Source of the DNA: Gammaproteobacteria bacterium
GTDB taxonomy: Bacteria; Pseudomonadota; Gammaproteobacteria; Steroidobacterales; Steroidobacteraceae
Length of the DNA stretch: 42,630 bases
Direction of reading: 5' to 3'
NCBI GenBank assembly: GCA_019136105.1
Contig: JAGVUU010000297.1
Location: forward strand, 1 to 42,630
The position numbers and the translations under genes are program-made. The notes beneath the pieces are model-generated. The model saw nothing but the letters and a program-made list of their open reading frames with translations, was not told the DNA's origin and did no database searches. This document shows, piece after piece, positions 17,601 through 25,557 of the stretch (position 1 is the first letter of the stretch; each line of letters opens with the position of its first letter).

Positions 17601-18383
17601 ACGACCGTGTCGACCTCGGCCGACGAGAGGATCGTGGGCCTGGAAGACCAGGCATCGGGCCCCTCGACGCTCGAGCGTGTCCGCGCCCGCGTGCGCGTGG
17701 TGCTCGGCGACGACGTGCGCGTGGACAGTTTCGGGCTGAAGGCGAAGCTTGCGGGCGCCGTGACGGTGCTCTCGAAGCCCGGCGACACGGTGCGTGGCAA
17801 CGGCTCGATCAAGGTCGTCGAGGGCGAATACAAGGCGTTCGGCCAGTACGTGACGATCAGGCGTGGCGTGCTGTCGTTCAACCGCACGCCGCTCGACGAC
17901 CCCACGCTCGACCTGGTCGGCGAGCGCACGATCCGGTCGGCAGACGTCGTCGTCACGCTCAACGTGCGCGGCACGCTGTCGCAGCCATTCGTGACGATCA
18001 GCTCGGAACCGCCGCTGCCCGAAGCCGAGGCGCTCTCCTACCTGCTCACGGGCCGGTCGATCAACACGCTGCAGTCCGGCGAGGCAGCGTCGCTCGATCG
18101 CGCGGCGCAGAGCCTCGCCGTGGGGGGCGGCGGCCTGCTGCTCGGTGGCCTCGGCACACGCATCGGCCTCGACGAGGTGAGCGTGGAGCAGACCGGCGAC
18201 GAAGACACGTCGGTCGTCCTCGGCAAGTACCTCTCGCCGAACCTGTTCGTGAGCTACGGCATCTCGATCGTCGAGGCCATCAACACGATCAAGCTGCGCT
18301 ACACGCTCAACGAGCGCTGGTCGCTGAAGGCGGAAGCCGGGCTCTACCAGAGCGCCGACGTCGAGTACAAGATCGAGCGCTAG
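14607..18383 (+). CDS. tamB: Translocation and assembly module inner-membrane subunit TamB
   Basis: The ATG overlaps the tamA stop (TGATG). N-terminal anchor MRWRWIVPIVALAVLVGLPLVAL. Long beta-rich body. C-terminal DUF490-type end LGKYLSPNLFVSYGISI...LRYTLNERWSLKAEAG. Confidence 0.85.
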   Translation: MRWRWIVPIVALAVLVGLPLVALHRALTTEAGLQWALAQLERIPSVRVEAHGASGTLAGPLTVQRLVVDHEAAHIEARGVTLDLQLASLLAGDVYLEQSTVESLNVELKEREPPPPEAPRFLPQFLEVVAPSLRVGNVGLTLADGQRFTVASVRGALAMTRWRIDLTDLVVEDPLGRIDGTLTLRATLPLGLRTALNGHWQLPDERTYRFAAAARGNLDRLATAVTLAEPANLSFVGNALTLTGTPRIVGTLRATDFDGSPWLPQGAWPRMSGSIALDSGLATFGIDGTLTADAFGDGPVRIQGNGRWLEPRLEIASLRAWLPRSSLAVQTAGTVTFGEASPTLDLAGEWAALRWPLTGPVEIESTFGTYSLQGAMPYAFDVQAHVRAPVLDTAPEARFNATGTFDREQLALDRLQGDVLRGQLSASGRVAWAGAQPWSTRFEARNIDMAGLRSDLSGRVSATATVEGRGFTPDAPWTARLASLSGTLAGRALTGRGEISHRAGNYDLRGVRIANGPSHVDIDGRWADTMDLRWSADVRSLSLLHPDLAGELVSTGRVNGRAARPQVEGELRARRVGFAGATIESLDVDVDVDGTDQRESRLDARAKEIDLGPVVLDSARLDAHGRMDEHAVAFEFTSQGDQERQLPGFRGRVGVAGAYAADQRTWRGRLDESSVKFPDGGATLLQPALIEVSPALVKVAPICLKSDEARLCVEGERRADPAAWRVIYSAQDWPLRRLLRSILGWREFDGRLQAAGWAAQEPGQDWTGGTTLLLDNPVLDIPRNQFRTQRVELGQGRLDLFVDPGEMRARLDLRLAETSRVLGEVKAQRDPQLATLDFPLSGSIRGESSDLSALPLLVPEIDHSAGQLDATIAVGGTLGDPRFDGEFHVRDGRLDTYRTNMQLSDLTLDGRFKGDELVFSGQGRAARGTLALDGHFTWPGNVMTGEMHLKGDKLMVADTPSFRIVASPDLTIAAGKDGYAVRGEVLIPLARITPRDLSTTVSTSADERIVGLEDQASGPSTLERVRARVRVVLGDDVRVDSFGLKAKLAGAVTVLSKPGDTVRGNGSIKVVEGEYKAFGQYVTIRRGVLSFNRTPLDDPTLDLVGERTIRSADVVVTLNVRGTLSQPFVTISSEPPLPEAEALSYLLTGRSINTLQSGEAASLDRAAQSLAVGGGGLLLGGLGTRIGLDEVSVEQTGDEDTSVVLGKYLSPNLFVSYGISIVEAINTIKLRYTLNERWSLKAEAGLYQSADVEYKIER

Positions 18384-18997
18384 TCGAAGTCCGCGGGCAG
18401 CGCGCGATTGCGCCAGTGCTCGAGCATGCGCGCCACCTGCCGCGGCGTGCTGCGACCGAGCGACATGTCGGGCAGCGCAGCGGGATCGAAGAAGCCCACT
18501 GCATCGGTCTCGTAGCTGCCGCGAGCCTCTCCGCCGGTGAGCTCGCACAGGAAGAAGACCTTCCAGCTGTGATGCAGCGTGGGTCCGTGGCCGTGCAACC
18601 GCCGGTCGTACAGGCCCGCGAGCTTCACGGCACGCGCCCGGAAGCCGGATTCCTGTTCGATCTCCTTCTCGACCGCCTGCGACGGCGACTCGTTGACGTC
18701 GGCCCAGCCACCCGGCAGGGTCCAGCGCCGGTCGGCCGACTCCCGCACCAGCAGCACCTTGCCGTCGCGGAACGCCGCGCCGCGCACCTCGACCTTGGGC
18801 GTCACGTAGCCGGTCTCGGTGCGCCAGAGCGCGAGCAGTGCGTCGCGGTCGGCGGGCGTGGAGCCGCCGAGCAGTTCCGCCGCGATCCGCTCGATTTCCT
18901 CGTACCGCTCGCGGTCGTACTCGTTGCCGCAGAAATGCAGCCCCGTACGGGCGAGCGCGTGCAGGCGCCGGGCGGGTTCGAGGGTACGGTCGGTCAT
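18380..18997 (-). CDS. NUDIX hydrolase with N-terminal helical domain
   Basis: The internal ATG at 18997 gives [35 protein letters not shown], followed by the Nudix box [24 protein letters not shown]. Confidence 0.8.
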   Translation of the reverse strand: MTDRTLEPARRLHALARTGLHFCGNEYDRERYEEIERIAAELLGGSTPADRDALLALWRTETGYVTPKVEVRGAAFRDGKVLLVRESADRRWTLPGGWADVNESPSQAVEKEIEQESGFRARAVKLAGLYDRRLHGHGPTLHHSWKVFFLCELTGGEARGSYETDAVGFFDPAALPDMSLGRSTPRQVARMLEHWRNRALPADFD

Positions 18998-19061
18998 GGC
19001 GGCCACCGGTGTCTGCAGGAGCGTGCATTGTCGCGCCAGCACCGGCCGCCGTCCCGGCAAT

Positions 19062-19077
19062 TGACAGCCTGCTGTCA
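19062..19077. promoter_or_regulatory. Candidate MarR operator: TGACAG-cctg-CTGTCA, overlapping a TTGACA -35-like hexamer
   Basis: Perfect 6-bp inverted repeat in the 126-bp NUDIX/MarR divergent intergenic region. Confidence 0.35.
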
Positions 19078-19123
19078 CTCTGCCAGCCTCTGTCGCCCAC
19101 CGCACCGGCTGACGGAACCGACC

Positions 19124-19660
19124 ATGACCGCTGCCCAGCGCACCGCCGACGACGCCTTCCAGGACGTGCTGCTCGGCCTCTTCCAGCTGCACGGCCGGGT
19201 GCTCGAGGCCGCCGACGTGATGTCGGGCGTGTTCGGGCTCACCGGCGCGCGCTGGCAGGTGATGAAGGTGGCGGCGCGCCAGTCACTCACGGTCTCGCAG
19301 ATCGCCCGCCGCCTCGGCCTCAAGCGCCAGAGCGTGCAGCGCACCGTCGATCAGCTCGCCGGGCAGGGGCTCGTCGAGCTGCAGCCCAACGTCGACCACC
19401 TGCGCGCCGGGCTCGTCGCCCTGTCCGGGGAAGGGCGGCGCATCCTGACCGCGCTCGAGAGCCGCCAGCAAGCGTGGCTCGGGCGCTGCCTCCGTGGCTT
19501 GACGCGCGCGGAACTCGAGCGGCTCGCCGCATCGCTCGGCACGCTGGCCGAGCGCGTCGAATCCGCGACGGATCGCGAGCGGGACGCGGACGCGCCCGGC
19601 GCCGGGCGCAGCGGGCGGCGTCCCGCGGCGGGCGGGCGCCGGCGGCTCGTGGCGGCCTGA
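19124..19660 (+). CDS. MarR family transcriptional regulator
   Basis: Winged-helix segment LTVSQIARRLGLKRQSVQRTVDQLAGQGLVEL...D.R. The ATG at 19124 lies inside a long GC-shadow ORF. Confidence 0.8.
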   Translation: MTAAQRTADDAFQDVLLGLFQLHGRVLEAADVMSGVFGLTGARWQVMKVAARQSLTVSQIARRLGLKRQSVQRTVDQLAGQGLVELQPNVDHLRAGLVALSGEGRRILTALESRQQAWLGRCLRGLTRAELERLAASLGTLAERVESATDRERDADAPGAGRSGRRPAAGGRRRLVAA

Positions 19661-19700
19661 ATACCGAAGCAACAACCCGATTCACCAGGGGAGAATCCGC

Positions 19701-20369
19701 ATGATCGCGAGTCACCTGATCCTGAAGTGGCTGCACATCGTCGCCATGGTCTACTGGCTCGGCGGCGAGTGGGGCGTGTTCCAGACGTCCTACCACGTCA
19801 CCAACCCGAAGCTGTCGCTCGACGAGCGCCGCCGCCACATGGAGACGGCCTACCGCATCGACATCCTCGCCCGGCTCGGCATCATCCTGCTGCTGCCGAT
19901 CGGCCTGCACATGGGCCACAATTTCGGCGTGCAGCCGCTCGGCGGCGGCTGGCTGGTGCTGATGTGGATCCTGACGGCCGGCTGGATCGCGCTGGCGCTG
20001 GCGGCCTTCGCCAAGCGTGGCACCGATGCCGGCATCCGCCTCACGCGCATGGACGACCGCATCCGCTACGTGCTGATCCCGGCGCTCATGATCTGCGCCA
20101 TCTCCTCGCTCACGATCGGCAAGCCGTTCCTGGCCGACTGGTACTCGACCAAGGTGCTGCTCTATTCCTTCACGCTGGTGATCGGCCTGATCCTGCGCTT
20201 CGTGATGCGCCACTGGACCGAGACCTTCCGCCAGCTCGCGGCGGGCGGCCCGAACGCCGAACTCGAAGCGAAACTGACGCGCGAGATCAACCTGTCGCGC
20301 AAGCTCGCCTACGTGTACTGGATCCTGATCCTGACGATCGCGTTCATCGGCGTCACCAAGCCGTTCTGA
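19701..20369 (+). CDS. Integral membrane protein of unknown function
   Basis: 222-aa ORF with several hydrophobic helices (HIVAMVYWLGGEWGVF, LGIILLLPIGL, WILTAGWIALALAAF, and others) and normal codon bias. GGGGAGAA Shine-Dalgarno sequence. No family recognised. Confidence 0.55.
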   Translation: MIASHLILKWLHIVAMVYWLGGEWGVFQTSYHVTNPKLSLDERRRHMETAYRIDILARLGIILLLPIGLHMGHNFGVQPLGGGWLVLMWILTAGWIALALAAFAKRGTDAGIRLTRMDDRIRYVLIPALMICAISSLTIGKPFLADWYSTKVLLYSFTLVIGLILRFVMRHWTETFRQLAAGGPNAELEAKLTREINLSRKLAYVYWILILTIAFIGVTKPF

Positions 20370-20403
20370 CCCGGCGGCCGCAGCCCGGCAAGTGCTCCCG
20401 GAC

Positions 20404-20430
20404 GGGGCCCGGTGCGACGCGCCGGGCCCC
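20404..20430 (+). terminator. GC-rich stem-loop downstream of the membrane protein gene (GGGGCCCGG-n9-CCGGGCCCC) with no U-tract
   Basis: 9-bp perfect stem read from the sequence. The lack of a T-run makes the terminator function uncertain. Confidence 0.3.
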
Positions 20431-20464
20431 GTCGTCATCGGGGGGCCAGCGATGCTTGACAAGT

Positions 20465-20503
20465 CGTGCATAATTATGCACATTCGGATGCTAATTATTC
20501 ACC
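20465..20503. promoter_or_regulatory. Tandem ARG boxes (ArgR operator) just downstream of a perfect TTGACA (20456-20461)
   Basis: Box 1: cGTGCATAATTATGCACa, whose 16-bp core is a perfect palindrome. A 3-bp spacer follows. Box 2: gGATGCTAATTATTCACc. The 18+3+18 geometry and the TGNAT-AATT-ATNCA form match the E. coli ARG-box pair. Confidence 0.7.
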
Positions 20504-20982
20504 CTGCCAGACCCGGACGCACCCCCTTGGCCACCGACCCCCACTCCCAGCTGCACCGCCGGGATGCGATCGCGCGCATCCTGCGGCAGACCGCGGTCGG
20601 CCGGCAGGCCGAGCTCGTGGAGTTGCTGCGCGCGGAGGGTTTCGAGGCCACGCAGTCGAGCGTGAGCCGCGACCTGCGCGAGCTCGGCGTCGTGAAGGGC
20701 GCGGACCGATACCTGCTGCCAGCGGTTGAAGACGCGCTGACGCCGAGTCACTTCGAGGCCGTGCAGTCGTTCGTCAAGGGTTACCGGGCCGCGGGCCCCA
20801 ACCTGACGGTGCTGCGCACCACGGCCGGCACGGCCCAGAGTGTCGCCATCGCCCTCGACAAGGCGCGCTGGCCAGAGATCGTCGGCACCATCGCGGGCGA
20901 CGACACGATCATGATCGCGACCGCGAGCGCACGCACCCAGCGCCGCTTGCACGCGCACCTCCAAGCCATTTTCGGACGCTGA
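20488..20982 (+). CDS. argR: Arginine repressor ArgR. The start is uncertain: ATG 20488 lies inside ARG box 2, and TTG 20527 is an alternative.
   Basis: ELVELLRAEGFEATQSSVSRDLRELGVVK is the winged-helix region. The C-terminal GTIAGDDTIMIA matches the arginine-binding GTIAGDDT motif. Confidence 0.85.
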   Translation: MLIIHPARPGRTPLATDPHSQLHRRDAIARILRQTAVGRQAELVELLRAEGFEATQSSVSRDLRELGVVKGADRYLLPAVEDALTPSHFEAVQSFVKGYRAAGPNLTVLRTTAGTAQSVAIALDKARWPEIVGTIAGDDTIMIATASARTQRRLHAHLQAIFGR

Positions 20983-20990
20983 GAACTGCC

Positions 20991-22220
20991 ATGACCCAGA
21001 CCTCCGCGGGCGCCAAGCCCATCCTGCTCGCTTTCTCCGGCGGCCTCGACACCTCGTTCTGCGTGCCGTGGCTCGCGGAAACCTACGGCCGCCCGGTCGT
21101 CACGCTCACGGTGAACACCGGCAGCATCGACGACGCCACCGCGAAGATGCTCGAGGAGCGCTCGAAGACCCTCGGCGCGGTCCAGCACTACCTCGTCGAC
21201 GCGCGGCCGGCGTACTTCGAGCAGGTGATCAAGTTCCTGATCATGGGCAACGTGCGCCGCGGCAACCTCTACCCGCTGTGCGTGGGCGCCGAGCGCGTGC
21301 TGCAGGCGCAGACCGTCGCGCAGTGGGCGCGCAAGCTCGGCACCGAGGTCGTCGCGCACGGCTCCACCGCTGCGGGCAACGACCAGGTGCGCTTCGAGGT
21401 GGCGCTGCGCACGCTCGCGCCGGAGCTCGAGATCCTGGCGCCGGTGCGCGATCGCGCGTTCAAGCGCCCCGAGCAGCTCGCCTACCTCGAGTCGCGCCAG
21501 CTGCCGGTGCCGCCGTTCGGCGCGGCGTACTCGGTGAATCGCGGCCTCTGGGGCACCACGATCGGCGGCAAGGAGACGCTCGTCTCCGACACCTGCATCC
21601 CCGACACCGCCTGGGTGCTGACCCGCGAGGCGTTCACGAATCCGCACGCCCCGGAGCGGCACACCATCGGCTTCGAGGCCGGCGTGCCCTGCTCGCTCGA
21701 TGGCAGGAAGATGGATGCGGTGAGCCTGATCGAAGCCGTCGAGTCGCTCGGCGCGAGGTTCGGCATCGGCCGCGGCATCCACCTGGGCGACACGATCATC
21801 GGTTTCAAGGGCCGCGTGGCGTTCGAGGCGCCGGCCGCCGAGATCCTGCTGAATGCGCACCGCGAACTCGAGAAGCTGGTGCTGTCAGCGCGCCAGGCGC
21901 GCCTAAAGGACTCGCTCGCCGGCCCGTACGGCGACCTCGTCCACGAAGGCCAGCACCTCGACCCGGTGTGCCGCGACATCGAGACGTTCTTCGTGTCGTC
22001 GCAGGCGCGCGTCACCGGCGAGGTGCACGTGCTGCTGCGGCCGGGCACGGTGTTCGTCGAGGGCGTGGCCTCGCCCTGGTCGCTGATGAAGGCCTCGAAG
22101 GGCGCCTACGGTGAATCCGCCGGCGAGTGGACCGCCGCCGAGGCGCACGGCTTTTCCAAGATGCTGGCGCTGCCGGGCATCTTCTACACGCGGGCCGGCC
22201 GGTCCGCGCAGGGAGAGTGA
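20991..22220 (+). CDS. argG: Argininosuccinate synthase
   Basis: AFSGGLDTS ATP-pyrophosphatase motif. 409 aa. Confidence 0.95.
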   Translation: MTQTSAGAKPILLAFSGGLDTSFCVPWLAETYGRPVVTLTVNTGSIDDATAKMLEERSKTLGAVQHYLVDARPAYFEQVIKFLIMGNVRRGNLYPLCVGAERVLQAQTVAQWARKLGTEVVAHGSTAAGNDQVRFEVALRTLAPELEILAPVRDRAFKRPEQLAYLESRQLPVPPFGAAYSVNRGLWGTTIGGKETLVSDTCIPDTAWVLTREAFTNPHAPERHTIGFEAGVPCSLDGRKMDAVSLIEAVESLGARFGIGRGIHLGDTIIGFKGRVAFEAPAAEILLNAHRELEKLVLSARQARLKDSLAGPYGDLVHEGQHLDPVCRDIETFFVSSQARVTGEVHVLLRPGTVFVEGVASPWSLMKASKGAYGESAGEWTAAEAHGFSKMLALPGIFYTRAGRSAQGE

Positions 22221-22222
22221 CG

Positions 22223-23314
22223 ATGGCAAGCCAGATGCGCACCGTCGTCGTCGACAAGATCGCCTCGATCGCGCAGGCCTGCGGCCTCAGCCACGAGATC
22301 CGCATCGCCACGCAGGACATCCCCTGCGAGGAAGGCGTGGTGCTGGTGGTCGAGGTCCTGAACAACAAGTCCACCTACAACACCCTGGAGCTCACCAGCG
22401 GCCGCATGGCGAAGGTGTCGCGTGGCGACGTGATCGTGGGCGCGCTCGGCCACCGCCAGGCGCTGTTCGGTTACTCGGGACACATCCCGGAGAAGGTGCA
22501 GGCGGGCGACATCGTGCAGCTCCTGAACATCGGCGGCGTGCTCGGCGTCTGCGATTCGGTGAACCCCGACAAGGGCCAGCCGTTCGACTGCCGCGTGCTC
22601 GGCTGCGTGCTGCAGTTCCCGTTCCTCGGCGAACGCATCGGCGTGCCGGCCAGGGTCGGCAGCCGCAAGCTCGACTACGCGGCGGGGCTCGATACGCACG
22701 GCGTACCCGTGGTGGCGCTCGCGGGCACCTGCATGGAGGCCGGCAAGACAGCCGCTGCCTGCGCGATCGTGAGCCGCATGCGTCACCGCGGCCTGTCGGT
22801 GCACGCATTCAAGGCCACCGGCGTGTCGCTGCGCCGTGACATCCTCGCCATGGAGGACTCGGGTGCGCGCCGCAGCATGATCTTCACGGATCTCGGCATC
22901 TGCACCACGACTGCAAAGTCGGGGCCGGCGCTCACTCGCACGATGCTGACCGAGATGACGCAGGGACGCCCCGACGTCGTCGTGTTCGAGCTCGGCGACG
23001 GCATCCTCGGAGCCTACGGCGTCGAGGCGATCCTCGCCGAGCACGACATCCGCATGGCGCTCACCGCCGTGGTGCTGTCGGCGAATGACCCGGTCGCGGC
23101 GTGGGGCGGCGTCAAGCTGCTGCGCGAGCGCTTCGACATCGAGCCCTGTGCTGTGACGGGGCCGGCCACCGACAACGCGGTGGGCGTGAACATCATCCAG
23201 GACCAGATGAGCGTGCGCGCGTTCAACGCCATGGCCTCGGGTGCCGCGCTGGGCGACCACATCATCGAAAGCCTCGGCCTCGGCGCGCAGCTCGCGCGAG
23301 CCGCCGCAGAATGA
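22223..23314 (+). CDS. Uncharacterised 363-aa protein embedded in the arg operon. The C-terminal half is a BioD/CobQ/DUF1611-like P-loop domain.
   Basis: The ATG lies 2 nt after the argG stop, with GGGAGAG upstream. Its TGA overlaps the argC ATG (ATGA). Motifs: VVALAGTCMEAGKTAAAC, FKATG and DVVVFELGDGILG. No canonical Arg enzyme signature. Confidence 0.7.
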   Translation: MASQMRTVVVDKIASIAQACGLSHEIRIATQDIPCEEGVVLVVEVLNNKSTYNTLELTSGRMAKVSRGDVIVGALGHRQALFGYSGHIPEKVQAGDIVQLLNIGGVLGVCDSVNPDKGQPFDCRVLGCVLQFPFLGERIGVPARVGSRKLDYAAGLDTHGVPVVALAGTCMEAGKTAAACAIVSRMRHRGLSVHAFKATGVSLRRDILAMEDSGARRSMIFTDLGICTTTAKSGPALTRTMLTEMTQGRPDVVVFELGDGILGAYGVEAILAEHDIRMALTAVVLSANDPVAAWGGVKLLRERFDIEPCAVTGPATDNAVGVNIIQDQMSVRAFNAMASGAALGDHIIESLGLGAQLARAAAE

Positions 23315-24372
23315 GCCCGCGCATCCCGGCGATCGTGCTGGGCGGCACCGGCTACGTGGCCGGCGAATTGCTGCGCCTGCTCGCCACGCACCCACACCTC
23401 GACCTCGCGGCGGTCGCCTCCGACAGCCAGCCCGACGAGCCCATCGCGCAGTTCTTCCGCCACCTGCAGCCGGTGCTGCCGCACCTGCGATTCGCCGGGC
23501 ACGACGAGGTCGTCGAGTACGTCACGGCCAACCCGGTCACGGCCGTGTTCTCGGCGGCGCCGCACGGCGTGTCGGCGGCCATGATCGACAAGCTGCTCGC
23601 CGCCGCCGAGCAGGCCGGCACGCAGCCGCGCGTCGTGGACATCTCGGCGGATTTCCGCTTCCGCACGGAGGAAGCGTACGAGGCGGTCTACAAGCACCCG
23701 CACGGCGCGCCGGCGCGGATCGCGCAGTTCTCCTGCGCCGTGCCCGAGCACCTGAACACGCTGCACACGCCGCACGTCGCGCACCCGGGTTGCTTCGCCA
23801 CGGCCATGCTGCTCGCGAGCGTTCCGCTGCTGTCGCTCGGACTGGTCGAGCCACGGCTGTTCGTCAGCGGCGTCACCGGCAGCACCGGCGCCGGGCGCCA
23901 GCCGACCGCCGGCACGCATCACCCGCAGCGCCACTCCGACCTGTACTCTTACAACGCGCTGACCCACCGCCACGCACCCGAGGTGCGGGCGCTCGCGCTC
24001 GAGGCAAGCGGCGTGGATGCCGACCTGCACTTCGTACCGCACTCCGGGCCTTTCGCGCGCGGCATCCACGTCACCGTGCAGGCCGTCGCGCGCGAGCCGC
24101 TCACCAGCCACGAGCTGGTGAACGCCCTGCGCGATTACTACGACCAGTCGGTGTTCGTGCGCGTGGCCGGGGAGGCGCCCCGCGTCAAGGACGTGGTGGC
24201 GAGCAACTTCGCGCAGCTGTCCGGCGTGGCTCACGGCGACAGCGTCGTCGTCACCTGTGTCGTCGACAACCTGACCAAGGGCGCGGCGGGTGGCGCCGTG
24301 CAGTGGATGAACCGGATGCTCGGGTTCGACGAAACCGCGGGACTGATGCAGGCGGCGGCAGGATGGACATGA
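23311..24372 (+). CDS. argC: N-acetyl-gamma-glutamyl-phosphate reductase
   Basis: VLGGTGYVAGELLRLL Rossmann motif. Catalytic HPGCFATA matches the PGCYPT-type Cys motif. Confidence 0.9.
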   Translation: MSPRIPAIVLGGTGYVAGELLRLLATHPHLDLAAVASDSQPDEPIAQFFRHLQPVLPHLRFAGHDEVVEYVTANPVTAVFSAAPHGVSAAMIDKLLAAAEQAGTQPRVVDISADFRFRTEEAYEAVYKHPHGAPARIAQFSCAVPEHLNTLHTPHVAHPGCFATAMLLASVPLLSLGLVEPRLFVSGVTGSTGAGRQPTAGTHHPQRHSDLYSYNALTHRHAPEVRALALEASGVDADLHFVPHSGPFARGIHVTVQAVAREPLTSHELVNALRDYYDQSVFVRVAGEAPRVKDVVASNFAQLSGVAHGDSVVVTCVVDNLTKGAAGGAVQWMNRMLGFDETAGLMQAAAGWT

Positions 24373-25508
24373 CCACCGACCATCTGGCTCCCGTCTACGC
24401 CCAATGGCCGCTCGACGTCGTCGACGCGGAGGGCGTGCACCTGCGCACGCGCGACGGACGGCGCATCCTCGACCTCTACGGCGGCCATGCGGTGGCGGCG
24501 CTCGGATACTCGCACCCGCGATGGCACACGGCTCTCGAGCAGCAGGCCCGGGCGTTGCTGTTCCAGAGCAACGCCGTGCCGCTCGGCGTCCGGGCCCGGG
24601 CGGCTACGCGCCTCACGCGTTTCGCCGGCCTGGGACTCGACACGGCGTTCTTCGTCAACACGGGCGCCGAGTCGAACGAGAACGCCCTCAAGCTGGCACT
24701 CAAGATCACGGGCCGCCGCACGGTGGTGGCAATCGAGGGCAGCTTCCACGGCCGCACCGCCGCGGCCGGTGCAGTCACCTGGGGCGCCGCGAAGAAGTGG
24801 TACGGCTTCCCGCAGATGCCGTTCGACGTGGAGTTCATCCCGCGCGGCGACCTCGGCGCGATTGCGCGCGTGATTGGCACGGACACCGCCGCCGTGATCG
24901 CCGAACCGGTGCAGGGCGTCGCAGGCGCCGTGGACCTCGGCCAGGAATTCCTGGCCGCACTGAGAGCACGCTGCAGCGAGACCTGCGCGATGCTGATCCT
25001 CGACGAAGTGCAGTGCGGCATGGGCCGCACCGGCTTCCCGTTCGCGGCGAACATGCACGGCATCGCGCCCGACATGCTGACGACGGCCAAGGCGCTCGGC
25101 GCAGGCTTTCCCTGTGCGGCGCTGCTGATGGCGGACCACGTCGCGGCGCACCTCAAGACTGACGACCTCGGCACCACTTTCGGCGGCGGCCCGATGGCGT
25201 GCGCGCTGATCGAAGCGGTGGTGGACATCATCGAAAGCGAAGGGCTGCTCGCCAACGTGCGCAGGTTGTCGCAACTGATCCGCGAGACCTGCGTCGTCGG
25301 TCCGGTGGTCGCGACTCAGGGCGCCGGGTTCCTGCTGGGGCTGCGCACCCGCCGCCCCGCGAAGGACGTGCAGCGCGAACTGCTCGAGCGCGACATCCTC
25401 ACCGGCACCAGCGGTGACCCCAACGTGGTGCGCATCCTGGCACCCTACGTGCTCGAGGCGCAGCACGTCGCCCAGCTGCGTGACGCGTTGGTGTCGCTGC
25501 CTGGTTGA
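24369..25508 (+). CDS. argD: Acetylornithine (acyl-ornithine) aminotransferase, class III PLP enzyme
   Basis: GAESNENALKLA, ILDEVQCGMGRTG and TTAKALGAGFP (PLP lysine). The start is the ATGA overlap at 24369, with an alternative ATG at 24363. Confidence 0.85.
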   Translation: MTTDHLAPVYAQWPLDVVDAEGVHLRTRDGRRILDLYGGHAVAALGYSHPRWHTALEQQARALLFQSNAVPLGVRARAATRLTRFAGLGLDTAFFVNTGAESNENALKLALKITGRRTVVAIEGSFHGRTAAAGAVTWGAAKKWYGFPQMPFDVEFIPRGDLGAIARVIGTDTAAVIAEPVQGVAGAVDLGQEFLAALRARCSETCAMLILDEVQCGMGRTGFPFAANMHGIAPDMLTTAKALGAGFPCAALLMADHVAAHLKTDDLGTTFGGGPMACALIEAVVDIIESEGLLANVRRLSQLIRETCVVGPVVATQGAGFLLGLRTRRPAKDVQRELLERDILTGTSGDPNVVRILAPYVLEAQHVAQLRDALVSLPG

Positions 25509-25525
25509 GGCTGCTGCTCTCACTA

Positions 25526-25557
25526 CCCCCTATTCACTAGTCACTAGTCACTTCCTC
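25526..25557 (+). repeat. Heptad-repeat element, copy C: CCCCC-TATTCAC-TAGTCAC-TAGTCAC-TTCCTC, directly abutting the argF' ATG
   Basis: Read directly. It occupies most of the 49-nt argD-argF' gap. Confidence 0.8.

Noticed and set aside
25414-25557. N-terminal extension of the argF' ORF (380 aa in the track). The similar extensions are argR 20392-20487, gene X 22127-22222, argC 23101-23310, argD 23241-24362 and argH 26767-27489.
   Set aside because: The extensions overlap the preceding genes or the operator region and have no homology-like content. Internal starts give canonical N-termini and tight coupling such as ATGA/GTGA overlaps.
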